From NCBI GenBank assembly GCA_025353045.1, contig JANXRK010000065.1, positions 1-36,831 on the forward strand: DNA of 36,831 nucleotides. The letters run 5' to 3'. Positions within the stretch are counted from its first letter, which is position 1. Each line of letters opens with the position of its first letter. The notes under the pieces were generated by a model. The model made no database searches and was not told where the DNA came from. It saw only the letters and a list, made by a program, of their open reading frames with translations. The DNA is from Candidatus Tayloriibacteriota bacterium. Its GTDB lineage: Bacteria > Patescibacteriota > Minisyncoccia > Phycocordibacterales > PALSA-1337. The translations under genes and the position numbers were made by a program. Shown one piece after another: positions 17,543-26,442 of this stretch.

Positions 17543-17845
17543 TTAGAAACTATAATCGATATCTTTTAGTTGTGCATCAAGATCAGCTTGAATTGCCGCA
17601 GAACTGTTTGTATCTGACGTAGATGAAGATATTTTGTTATTTGCTTCATCCATTTGGGTTTCTGGTATTACGTCAGCATTAGTATTTGAAGATGTATTTA
17701 GCTTTTGACTAAAGAAATACAAAGCTGCGATGATGATGAGAAGTACAATAACAAGTACTCCAACAATCGGGCCAATCTTTTTATTTTCCTGTGGGACAGG
17801 TGGAAGACCATTTAGCATTCCATTTGAATTTTGATTTGGTTGCAT
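17543..17845 (-). CDS. Hypothetical small single-TM protein
   Basis: TM GPIVGVLVIVLLIIIAALYFF with a Ser/Thr/Asn-rich tail. Confidence 0.75.
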   Translation of the reverse strand: MQPNQNSNGMLNGLPPVPQENKKIGPIVGVLVIVLLIIIAALYFFSQKLNTSSNTNADVIPETQMDEANNKISSSTSDTNSSAAIQADLDAQLKDIDYSF

Positions 17846-17865
17846 GTGTTTATTTTGTTAGATTA

Positions 17866-18705
17866 TTATTTAGTAACAGTTGCATTGGAGTCTGTTTTCA
17901 TCTCTGTCTTGATTATGACAGCGAGTTTTATTGTAGCAAAAAATGCATCTCGAGCTTCTTTAAGTGCCTTTATAGCTGCATCCCCTTGCAGTCTAGGCTT
18001 TGTTACATCGACCGAAGCGCTTGCACTAGTGTCAGTAGTTGTAGTTGTAGTTGTAGTTGTTTTAGTAGGAGCTGGATCTGGGAGAGCAATGAAAGCGTCA
18101 ACCGCTACTTTTGCTGCTGCCAATTTAGCATCAGCTAGAACTAATGAAGCTCGAGCTGTTGTAGTGTCTTTTCCCGCACCTTCTAACTTTGTGAGAAGAG
18201 CGTCAATACGAGTTCGGTTAGTAGTTAGATTTTCAAGGGTAGTTGTTAATTGTTTTCCAAGAGCAGTCTTTCGTACTTTGAAAATATCCTGTTTCATTGT
18301 CTTTAGAGCTGTCTGTCGTTCTCCTTTAAAATTCTGTCGCATTTCTTCTACAGTAAGTCGAAGATCCATTCTCTGTTGTGGAGTTGAAGAATCATTCAAA
18401 GTACCTTTCATGGCTTTGATATCGCTATTCATCTTTGCCTTATCTCCTTGGAGCTGTCCTTTTACATCAGTTCGAATATCTTGAACTTCTTTTTTTCGTT
18501 CATCTCTAGTATCTTTTCGAATATCCAATACCTTCTTATCCCCTGAGCGTAGAGGTGGTAATGGTGGCTTTGGTTTAACGTTACCAGTAGTTACTTGGAC
18601 GTCGGCGTTCGCATTCACTGTAGTTTCTGCTTGAGCAATGCTTACACTAAAAGCAAGAGCAAAAACAAAACACAAAACTCCTATACTGATTTTATGTAAT
18701 TTCAT
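17866..18705 (-). CDS. Hypothetical secreted coiled-coil protein
   Basis: Signal peptide MKLHKISIGVLCFVFALAFSVSIAQA from ATG 18705; charged helical body; poly-Thr linker. Confidence 0.75.
   Translation of the reverse strand: MKLHKISIGVLCFVFALAFSVSIAQAETTVNANADVQVTTGNVKPKPPLPPLRSGDKKVLDIRKDTRDERKKEVQDIRTDVKGQLQGDKAKMNSDIKAMKGTLNDSSTPQQRMDLRLTVEEMRQNFKGERQTALKTMKQDIFKVRKTALGKQLTTTLENLTTNRTRIDALLTKLEGAGKDTTTARASLVLADAKLAAAKVAVDAFIALPDPAPTKTTTTTTTTTDTSASASVDVTKPRLQGDAAIKALKEARDAFFATIKLAVIIKTEMKTDSNATVTK
18035..18060. repeat. Hexanucleotide tandem repeat (GTAGTT)x4 encoding poly-Thr
   Basis: Seen directly in the sequence. Confidence 0.85.
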
Positions 18706-18748
18706 TTGTATGTAATTAAATGTTAAAAGGTTAAAAACCTTGTGGCAA

Positions 18749-19882
18749 TTATACACCAGCTACTTGAGAATGGGTACCTGTGGATTGTATATCTATTTTC
18801 CAACCTGTGAGTTTTGCTGCAAGGCGTACATTTTGACCACCTTTTCCAATGGCAAGTGATTGTTGATCGTCAGAAACATGAACTACAGCTCGCTTTTCTT
18901 CTTTATTGAGATCAATTTTAATGATTTTTGCGGGAGAAAGTGATTCTTGAATAAATATTGAAGGATCTTCATTCCATTGAATAATATCGATCTTTTCACC
19001 AGCCAATTCACTCATAACTGTAGTAACTCGTACTCCTCTTTGACCAATGAGAGAACCAGTAGGGTCAATGTGACTGTCATTTGAATGAACAGCGATTTTT
19101 GATCGAGCTCCAGCTTCACGTGCAATAGCTTTTACCTCAACAACACCTTGTGCAATTTCTGGTGCTTCGATTTCAAATAGCTTTGAAAGAAATTTTGGAT
19201 GAGAACGAGAAAGTTTTAACATAATTCCCTTAGGAGATTCCTCGACAGCATAAAGATATGCTCGGATTTTCTCTCCTTGCTTATAGTGTTCATTTGGAAT
19301 CTGGTCTTCATATGAAATAATTCCCATCGCTCGTCCCATATCAACGAAGATTGAACCTCGTTCAACTCGCTGCACAGTTCCCATGACGATTTCGCCTTCT
19401 TTTTTACCATATTCTGCAAGAACTGAAGTTTTTTCAGCCTCACGAATCTTTTGGATAATAACTTGCTTTGCAGTTTGAGCTGCGATTCTTCCATAGTCGC
19501 CCTTTTCCTCGAGAGGGAAGACGATTTCGTCATCAACTACAGCACCTTTCTTGATTTTCTTGGCATCGGCAAGGAGAATATGATGTTCTGGGTTAAATCG
19601 AACTCGGATTTCTTCTTCGGCAATGTTCTTTAGATCCTGTTCATCCTCTTCATCACCCATGATGACTTTACTCTCATCTACAACGATTTTGACCTGATAA
19701 AACTCTACTTTTCCAGAATTATTATCAAAAATAGCCCGAACAATCTGGCCTTTTTTACCATATTCCTTTTTATAAGCAGTAGCTAGGGCAAGTTCAATAG
19801 CCTCAAGCATTTTTTCTTTTGGAATGCCTCGTTCATCTTCTAATTGTTGTAGCACTGAGTGAATTACTTTTAGGTCAAACAT
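18749..19882 (-). CDS. nusA: Transcription termination/antitermination factor NusA
   Basis: Motifs GRIAAQTAKQVIIQKIREAE, LFEIEAPEI, AREAGARSKIAV and SLAIGKGGQNVRLAAKLTGWKIDI. Confidence 0.97.
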   Translation of the reverse strand: MFDLKVIHSVLQQLEDERGIPKEKMLEAIELALATAYKKEYGKKGQIVRAIFDNNSGKVEFYQVKIVVDESKVIMGDEEDEQDLKNIAEEEIRVRFNPEHHILLADAKKIKKGAVVDDEIVFPLEEKGDYGRIAAQTAKQVIIQKIREAEKTSVLAEYGKKEGEIVMGTVQRVERGSIFVDMGRAMGIISYEDQIPNEHYKQGEKIRAYLYAVEESPKGIMLKLSRSHPKFLSKLFEIEAPEIAQGVVEVKAIAREAGARSKIAVHSNDSHIDPTGSLIGQRGVRVTTVMSELAGEKIDIIQWNEDPSIFIQESLSPAKIIKIDLNKEEKRAVVHVSDDQQSLAIGKGGQNVRLAAKLTGWKIDIQSTGTHSQVAGV

Positions 19883-19961
19883 ATTGATTTTTTGAAATTT
19901 TTATTAAAAAATGTTCGCTTTCGGCGAACTTCAGACCTAGATAATATAGCATAAGAAACAA

Positions 19962-19970
19962 TTATCCACA
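19962..19970 (+). promoter_or_regulatory. Perfect DnaA box TTATCCACA
   Basis: Exact consensus in the divergent intergenic region upstream of nusA. Confidence 0.5.
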
Positions 19971-20013
19971 AGTTTAATAGTATTGCTCTACAAATAGTTG
20001 TATTATTGTATAT

Positions 20014-21297
20014 ATGAACATTAAAAAACTTTTTATAAAGATATCTTTTACATTATTCGTCGTAGCATTCTATTTTTTGGCGATAACTTCTCAAGTTAAA
20101 GCTGGTCCATTAAAACCTGTCGACGTCACCGGTTGGGCTTGGTCATCAAATGTCGGTTGGATTAGTTTTAATTGTATAAATACAGGTACATGCGGAACTG
20201 TATCGTATGGTGTGAAGCTTGCAACATCAACTTCAGATGCATTAGCTGGAACTCTTTCTGGTTATGCTTGGTCTTCAAATGTAGGTTGGATCGAGTTCGC
20301 TGGGGATACTTCTCTAGGTTTTCCTAGCCCTACTATTGACTTAGATAAAGGTGGGGTCTCTGGATATATTCGTGTTTGCTCTGGAACTATTCCTCCACCC
20401 AGTCCACCCACAACCACACATTGTAGTACAAATGCGTCTCGTACAGATGGCTGGGACGGATGGGCAAAGCTTTCAGAGTCACCACTGTATTCAACTAGAC
20501 AGAATGGTGGTGATAAGGGGGTTACGTACATTACGAGTGACGGATCCTTCGTTGGGTACGCTTGGGGAGGGGAAAATATCGGTTGGCTCCAGTTCAATGC
20601 AAGTTCTACATCAGGAAATGTCAAATGTCCTAGCTGTACAAATAACCCACCATCCACATTTACACCTTCATGTACTATTCCTTCAACTGTATCATACACA
20701 GCACCTGCAACATCAGGAACAGTGGCAGTAAGTGCAAGTTCTTTTGATGGATCAGCGTCATATACATTCTCAATACCAGTACTAACAAATATGCCAGTAG
20801 GACCGTATACATCACCAAGTATTCAAGTTACTGATAGTAGTAGTCCGACAAAGATAGGAAATATGGTTTGTAGTACAACGGTGGTGAATGGAAGTCCAGT
20901 CCCGCCGGGGGTTAGTATGTGGACGATGCAAAATCAAGCATCGACAGATAAAACAAAATTCTTGGTGGCAATAAAATTAGGACAAGATGCGTATGTAAAT
21001 TGGGAAGCAGTTGGAGGGATGACGTATGATGTGAATGCATGCGTTGCTCGTCTAGTGGATCCATCTAGCGCTTCATCAGTTCTATCGGGACTAAACTCTC
21101 AGCCCGTAAATGGATATTATAAGATTCCTGCATCGGCACTTACGTCAAAAGGTGATTATAAGTATAGTATGAGATGTACTGATACAAATTCAGCAGATAC
21201 AACCTTCGGACTCCCTGTCAGTGCAAAATCTACTGATCCAAATTCTCCACTGAGTTTGACAATAAAGGTAAAAGATCCTAAAGAAATAGAAAAATAA
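20014..21297 (+). CDS. Secreted/surface protein with GxAWxxNxGW repeats
   Basis: Signal peptide; repeats GWAWSSNVGWISF, GYAWSSNVGWIEF and GYAWGGENIGWLQF; Cys pairs; S/T/P-rich. Confidence 0.8.
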   Translation: MNIKKLFIKISFTLFVVAFYFLAITSQVKAGPLKPVDVTGWAWSSNVGWISFNCINTGTCGTVSYGVKLATSTSDALAGTLSGYAWSSNVGWIEFAGDTSLGFPSPTIDLDKGGVSGYIRVCSGTIPPPSPPTTTHCSTNASRTDGWDGWAKLSESPLYSTRQNGGDKGVTYITSDGSFVGYAWGGENIGWLQFNASSTSGNVKCPSCTNNPPSTFTPSCTIPSTVSYTAPATSGTVAVSASSFDGSASYTFSIPVLTNMPVGPYTSPSIQVTDSSSPTKIGNMVCSTTVVNGSPVPPGVSMWTMQNQASTDKTKFLVAIKLGQDAYVNWEAVGGMTYDVNACVARLVDPSSASSVLSGLNSQPVNGYYKIPASALTSKGDYKYSMRCTDTNSADTTFGLPVSAKSTDPNSPLSLTIKVKDPKEIEK

Positions 21298-21305
21298 ACA
21301 AGAGT

Positions 21306-21331
21306 AAAGGGGCCCCGTGAGGAGCCCCTTT
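21306..21331. terminator. Bidirectional intrinsic terminator
   Basis: AAAGGGGC...GCCCCTTT between convergent genes. Confidence 0.8.
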
Positions 21332-21355
21332 CTTGTTGGTCGCGTTGTCGCGATT

Positions 21356-22342
21356 TCATTCCACCAGCCGGAGCCGGTAGAAGAGATGTGATCGTGCCGT
21401 GGACTTGTCCGTGAAGGACTGCACTCCTGCCGGTGTGACCGGGAAGCGTCCGTTTGGAAAATCAATCCAGTTGACCAGGTCCGAAGACATCTGGTACTGG
21501 ACGAACATTCCAACCATCCCACCATGGCCCCTGAGGAGGGCTTGCGGTGATGGGGGAGGTTCCACAGAAGACTTCTTCCCATCCGCGTCCACAGGTGGAT
21601 AGAGGACGAGAGAGAGGGAGAGCGGAGGGACTTCGAGCTCCTGGCCTTGTTCGAAGGCTTGGAAAACCAGGTCACCGGTGCTGCTGCTTGAGAGGGTCCG
21701 GATTTGGATTGTGACGTCCTTATCCAAGACGAGCTCTGTTGCAATGAACACGTACGAGATGCCCGAGCGATGGATGATCTCCACAACCTTGGCGTTTTCG
21801 GTGGTCTGATTTGAGTCGGTGTTGAAGATGACGTCGTCACCCCTCGAAGCCGTCACGCCAATCCACTTGAGGTGGTTGAAGGTGTGCCCGATACGTCGGG
21901 GGAATTCCATCTTCACCCCAGACAAGTCCGGTAGAGTGTAACCAGCCGCCATTTTCACGAGGCTAAATTGCACACCCGGGACCTGAAAGTAGTTGATGAT
22001 TCCATCCTCATCGTGGTCGTCCCAGTAATACTGAAGGGCGAAGGCGACAATAGAGTAGGGCAGACTTCTGTCTTGACCTGCCACCTCTGTCGTGACCACT
22101 CTCAGTGCAGCCTTGTGAAGCTGCGACTGGAAAAACGATTCCAGCTCCGCCCGGTTGCTAACTCTGACGTTTGCAACCTCTTGGAGCAAGACTCGGTCTC
22201 CTTGCTTGAGAAAGATATCCAACTCCCTGACTTGCGCCAGCGAGTCCTTCTCCAAGCTGCCTCCCGTAGGGAAGGCCGTGATCTGCGCTTGCACCCCAAC
22301 AAAGGAGATGAGCGCAAACACGATTGCGTAGAACGCTTTCAT
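21356..22342 (-). CDS. GC-rich secreted protein with C-terminal S-x-DL-x-NW...FYRL motif
   Basis: Signal peptide MKAFYAIVFALISFVGVQA from ATG 22342, with a GGAGA Shine-Dalgarno 8 nt upstream; ends QMSSDLVNW...FTDKSTARSHLFYRLRLVE. Confidence 0.75.
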   Translation of the reverse strand: MKAFYAIVFALISFVGVQAQITAFPTGGSLEKDSLAQVRELDIFLKQGDRVLLQEVANVRVSNRAELESFFQSQLHKAALRVVTTEVAGQDRSLPYSIVAFALQYYWDDHDEDGIINYFQVPGVQFSLVKMAAGYTLPDLSGVKMEFPRRIGHTFNHLKWIGVTASRGDDVIFNTDSNQTTENAKVVEIIHRSGISYVFIATELVLDKDVTIQIRTLSSSSTGDLVFQAFEQGQELEVPPLSLSLVLYPPVDADGKKSSVEPPPSPQALLRGHGGMVGMFVQYQMSSDLVNWIDFPNGRFPVTPAGVQSFTDKSTARSHLFYRLRLVE

Positions 22343-22471
22343 GATTGTAATCTCCGATGTGGCCTGTTGGCCGAGTTTACTGTTCCGAAAAATCTTCTGT
22401 AGCACGTCGAAGTGCTGTTACTGTTAGTATTATACCATAAAATACATATAAAAGTAAAGCAAATTAGGATC

Positions 22472-22480
22472 TGTGGATAA
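22472..22480 (-). promoter_or_regulatory. Perfect DnaA box (TGTGGATAA)
   Basis: Exact consensus in an intergenic region. Confidence 0.5.
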
Positions 22481-22494
22481 GTACTTTAAAACAC

Positions 22495-24252
22495 TTATTT
22501 TACAAGGCTTTTTAGAAAATCAAAAGGGATGGTAATTATAACCCTTGCACCCATATTTTCTCCTTCTGAATTTATAGTCAGACTACCATGATGGGCTTCC
22601 ACGATCGATCTCGATACAGATAAGCCAATTCCCATACCGGTCGGATTTTTATTCTGAACTCTTTTGCTTCTGTAAAATGTTTTTTCAAATAAATTATTTT
22701 TTTCTTCCGTCGTAATTCCAACCCCTGTATTCTTAATTGTTATTTTAAATTGATCGTCATCAAATTCCGTCTCTATTTTTATGCTTCCTTCTGATGTATT
22801 GTAACGAATAGCATTTTCTATGATTACTAAAAGAACTTCTCGTATTTTGTTTGCATCGACTTTTATTTCCGGCCAATCAGCGATGTCTTTGAGGTAAGTG
22901 ACTGACAGATCCATGCTCGTTATGTCTATTTCTAGTTCCTTTAGGATTTTTTCTAGTGAAGGAAGCAGACTTAATTTTGATAAATTTAATATTTGCGATC
23001 CTGTTTTCATCTTAGCAATATTTTTGAAATCATCAGCAATGTCTGTTAAGTGTTGGACGGAAACCAGAGCCTCTTCTAAAGTTTTTTGTGCGTCAGTTTC
23101 AATCTTTACATATTTTCCAGAAATTATTTCATTGAGTCTATTATTTATATTCGTGATCGGCACTCTTAAATTGTGTTGAGCGATACTTATGAAAGTATCC
23201 TTTGTTTCACTCAACTTTTCGAGCTCTCTTCGGGCTTTTTTCTCTAATTCAAATGACTTGTTAATTTCTTGTGTTTGTTCAGCCACCTTGTCAGAGAGAG
23301 AAGAATTGAAAGATTTGAGAGATAGAGCAAGCGATTCGATTTTTTCGAGGTTGTCTTGTTCTTGTTTTCCGATTTGAATAAGAAGAATGCCAAGGATTAT
23401 TGAGATGATAAAAGTAATTATGGTAATAATGTGACTTGTATTTGCGTCTGTGATGGTAATGAGAGAGCCGATGAGAATCCATAGAGTAAAAACTAGGAGA
23501 TTCCGGTTGACGAGTTTGAGGTTGAAGAGATTGAATTTGATAGTGCTATAAATAAGGAAAATAAGAAATACGGGCATACCTAGTAAACCTAACTCTCCTA
23601 ATTTCCAGTCATTCGTGAAACTTCCAACCATATTGCCACAACTAAACGCAAGCAAAAATAACACTATACCTAAGGATAAAAGAACGACCTTCTTCTTATT
23701 GATTGGATTTTTACTCTCAATAAATTGCTTTGAAACGTAAAATATAATCCAACAAGTATATATAATCTCGATTATATAGCTATAATAAAGCGCAACTGGT
23801 CCCTCGACACTCATGCAAGTAATTATATTAAATCCTGACAGCGTTAACCTGCTAGGTAAAAAAACTAATATGGGGAGATATAATATTGCCAACGTTAGCT
23901 TTTGATAAAAAGAAATATCTCTTTCCTCAATTAGTACTTGAATTAAATAAAGCCCCCCAATGTAAATTAGCGGTTCAACTAATAAGGTAAATGCCCAGAC
24001 TGTCATTATGATGTCACCTCTGTCGCATGCCCAAAAAACTAGAGAAAATATTACCCATAAACTAAAAGGAATGAGAATTATGAGTAAGATCTGATTTGAT
24101 AATACTTTCCTACCTTTAATAATAATAAGTAAAGCAATTGTTATGCTGATAATAATCAGGGGTAAGTGGGAGTACAGTACTAGAGCCGGTATGTCTTTAG
24201 TTGCATTAAAATATCCGGTATTTGTCATGCTACATTGGGATAAATTTTCCAT
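22495..24252 (-). CDS. Multi-TM sensor histidine kinase (HisKA_7TM-like N-terminus), paralog 1
   Basis: About 9 hydrophobic segments; H-box AQHNLRVP; N-box IIENAIRY; G-boxes NTGVGI and GMGIGL. Confidence 0.9.
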   Translation of the reverse strand: MENLSQCSMTNTGYFNATKDIPALVLYSHLPLIIISITIALLIIIKGRKVLSNQILLIILIPFSLWVIFSLVFWACDRGDIIMTVWAFTLLVEPLIYIGGLYLIQVLIEERDISFYQKLTLAILYLPILVFLPSRLTLSGFNIITCMSVEGPVALYYSYIIEIIYTCWIIFYVSKQFIESKNPINKKKVVLLSLGIVLFLLAFSCGNMVGSFTNDWKLGELGLLGMPVFLIFLIYSTIKFNLFNLKLVNRNLLVFTLWILIGSLITITDANTSHIITIITFIISIILGILLIQIGKQEQDNLEKIESLALSLKSFNSSLSDKVAEQTQEINKSFELEKKARRELEKLSETKDTFISIAQHNLRVPITNINNRLNEIISGKYVKIETDAQKTLEEALVSVQHLTDIADDFKNIAKMKTGSQILNLSKLSLLPSLEKILKELEIDITSMDLSVTYLKDIADWPEIKVDANKIREVLLVIIENAIRYNTSEGSIKIETEFDDDQFKITIKNTGVGITTEEKNNLFEKTFYRSKRVQNKNPTGMGIGLSVSRSIVEAHHGSLTINSEGENMGARVIITIPFDFLKSLVK

Positions 24253-24336
24253 AGTCTATTAGATAGAATTTTGTCTTGTAAAACAAGAAGATTGTAGCAT
24301 ATTCCAGATTTTGTTTTATGGGGTATAATGTAGTCT

Positions 24337-24471
24337 ATGGATAAAAAATCTAAAATTCTGATAATAGTTTTTTTAGTTGCTATGTTTATTTCAGCATCCG
24401 TTACTTTTTATAGATATATGGTGGTAAAGGATTTTAAGGTAATTGACTCGACACAGCTAAAAAATAATTAA
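24337..24471 (+). CDS. Small single-TM protein (44 aa)
   Basis: Manual translation MDKKSKILIIVFLVAMFISASVTFYRYMVVKDFKVIDSTQLKNN; TATAAT at 24324-24329; stop 1 nt before the next ATG. Confidence 0.65.
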   Translation: MDKKSKILIIVFLVAMFISASVTFYRYMVVKDFKVIDSTQLKNN

Positions 24472-24472
24472 A

Positions 24473-25063
24473 ATGTATTCAGACAATTTAAATATACTAG
24501 GAATCGTAGCAGGTTTATTATCAATGGTATCCTTTATTGTCTATTATATTTCTATTTTTCGTAGAAAAACGATTCCCAATAAGACAACATGGTTTATATT
24601 GACCATTGTTGGTATTCTTATAGCTTCTAGTTATTATGCAGTAGGAGCAAGAGAGACTATATGGGTTCCGATTGTGTATATAATTGGTCCTTTTATAACG
24701 TTTATACTTTCTCTCAAATTTGGCCAAGGAGGATGGTCATCGTTTGATAAAATTTGCTTAATTTTATCTATCGTAAGTATTATTGTTTGGATGATCTCAG
24801 GTTATCCATTATTGACTCTGTTGATAAATATTTTTATTGATCTACTTGGAATACTCCCTACAGTTAGGAAGACCTATTTAAATCCTAACAGCGAAGATTT
24901 ACTTACTTGGTTGCTTGTCGTTATAGAGAGCATCCTGAACTTGTTTGCAATAAGAGAGTGGGTTTTTGGAATATATGTTTATCCTGTATATATGTTGGTC
25001 TTTAATGGATTGATATTATTCCTTATTTTGCTACCGAAATTAAAGAACATGCTTAAAGGATGA
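24473..25063 (+). CDS. Integral membrane protein, about 7 TM (PQ-loop/SWEET-like architecture)
   Basis: Two related halves (...SIFRRKTIPNKTTW / ...PTVRKTYLNPNSEDLLTW); hydrophobic throughout. Confidence 0.7.
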   Translation: MYSDNLNILGIVAGLLSMVSFIVYYISIFRRKTIPNKTTWFILTIVGILIASSYYAVGARETIWVPIVYIIGPFITFILSLKFGQGGWSSFDKICLILSIVSIIVWMISGYPLLTLLINIFIDLLGILPTVRKTYLNPNSEDLLTWLLVVIESILNLFAIREWVFGIYVYPVYMLVFNGLILFLILLPKLKNMLKG

Positions 25064-25441
25064 TTTCTTTATCCCTCGTCTTTTAAACCAACCCTTTTCG
25101 TAGTCTTCATAGTCACATGTTAATTCCTCTCCAATATGAATATCTTTTTTCGCTATATCTCTGTCTGGTTTCGACTGAATATTTGGTTTTTTAGAATAGT
25201 TAATAAATCTTTGATCATCGCAACAAAGTATGTACTTCTTCAGTTTAAAGTCGAGATAGAGATAATCTAAAAATCTTTCACGGAAACTTTCTGGTAGTAT
25301 ATCTATACATTCTTGAGTGAAGCAGGTATCGTATTCAGGATCGTACTTCCACGTGATTGTTCCCTTTGGAATAAATTCCGCTGCGAATAGCCCTATTCCA
25401 TGCGTGGAACTCTTGTCTAATTTTGTTTTTACTAGTAACAT
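25040..25441 (-). CDS. SET-domain protein (putative lysine methyltransferase)
   Basis: Motifs HGIGLFAAEFIPKG, RFINYSKKPN and AKKDIHIGEELTCDY. Confidence 0.9.
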   Translation of the reverse strand: MLLVKTKLDKSSTHGIGLFAAEFIPKGTITWKYDPEYDTCFTQECIDILPESFRERFLDYLYLDFKLKKYILCCDDQRFINYSKKPNIQSKPDRDIAKKDIHIGEELTCDYEDYEKGWFKRRGIKKSSFKHVL

Positions 25442-25463
25442 GGTGAAATACTATCACATATTC

Positions 25464-26429
25464 ATGACATTAGAAAATGACATAATTAACAGATTATATG
25501 ATGAGGTTTTAATCTTTTGTAAAAAAGAAGGTCTCGTCGATCAATTACAAAAAAGCTTGGTCGTACCAGAGGGAGATAGATTTTCTAATCGAGAAATTGA
25601 TAATACAGGGTTGGACGTCCTAGATGCTGTCCATTGTCTTGTGGATAAGAAAAGAACAATAATGCTTCTTGCCGCTGTGTATGAGCAAACTACAAAAGGA
25701 AATGTTGTTATCGAGGCAGGCTTGGGGACAGGTATTCTTTCTTTTATGGCTAACTTAAGAGGAGCTAAAGTTTATGGATTTGAAATTAACCCATCGGTCT
25801 ACGAGCTTGCAAATAAGATAAAGAAGCATCTTATTGAAAAAAGAATTATCACGAACGATATTGAGTTTATTAAAGCTGACGCTAGAAATATAAAGCTAGA
25901 AGTGAAGGCTGATATCATTATTAGTGAAAATATTTATACTGGCATGTTTTTTGAAAAACAGATAGACATAGTCTCTGGTCTATTGCCTTACTTAAAGAAA
26001 AAAGGCCACTTAATTCCTTGTGGTATGAAAAGCTCATTCCTTTTGTCTTATATTGATTTTCCAAAAAGAATAGCGTCTAAAAAATTTCATGTCTTATCGG
26101 AAATCAATGTCCAACCTAAGTACTTAACAGATCAGATCATATATGATCTACTTTCTTTTGCGGGTGTGAAAAAGAGCGGGGTTCAATTCAAAAAAGAGAT
26201 AAAACTTAATAGAAATGGTGAAATAAATTCAATTTTAGTCTGTAGTGATGTGTCGTTGCCTAGCGGTAAAGTAATAGATAGATTTGATACGGAATTTATG
26301 AATAACGACGTCGTCTTTTTTCTCGGCAATCCTTTTTTTGTTAAAAAAGGAGACAGGGTTAATGTAGAGATTTGCTATCTCTACGGATCAAATCCAGAAG
26401 AGGCTTATATTTCTGTGAAGAAGTTGTGA
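25464..26429 (+). CDS. PRMT-like class I SAM-dependent methyltransferase
   Basis: VVIEAGLGTGILSFMA, GAKVYGFEIN, KADIIISENIYTGMFFE (double-E-loop-like), LKKKGHLIP, beta-rich C-terminal domain. Start moved to ATG 25464 to avoid overlapping the SET gene. Confidence 0.78.
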   Translation: MTLENDIINRLYDEVLIFCKKEGLVDQLQKSLVVPEGDRFSNREIDNTGLDVLDAVHCLVDKKRTIMLLAAVYEQTTKGNVVIEAGLGTGILSFMANLRGAKVYGFEINPSVYELANKIKKHLIEKRIITNDIEFIKADARNIKLEVKADIIISENIYTGMFFEKQIDIVSGLLPYLKKKGHLIPCGMKSSFLLSYIDFPKRIASKKFHVLSEINVQPKYLTDQIIYDLLSFAGVKKSGVQFKKEIKLNRNGEINSILVCSDVSLPSGKVIDRFDTEFMNNDVVFFLGNPFFVKKGDRVNVEICYLYGSNPEEAYISVKKL

Positions 26430-26442
26430 TATAATTAACAGT

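Noticed and set aside
18035..18060. Tandem repeat as a phase-variation switch or CRISPR
   Set aside because: The 6-nt unit keeps frame and has no spacers. No CRISPR array or cas genes were seen anywhere in the window.
17791..18484. Long + strand ORFs (115 and 217 aa)
   Set aside because: Antisense shadows of the secreted coiled-coil gene; the poly-Val run mirrors its poly-Thr repeat.
21190..22402. Overlapping alternative ORFs (216, 144, 71 and 67 aa) in the GC-rich island
   Set aside because: Expected from stop-codon scarcity in GC-rich DNA; only the 21356-22342 frame has a Shine-Dalgarno, signal peptide and coherent C-terminal motif.
25317..25463. N-terminal extension of the PRMT-like ORF given in the track
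   Set aside because: It overlaps the SET gene on the opposite strand; ATG 25464 fits a -10 element.
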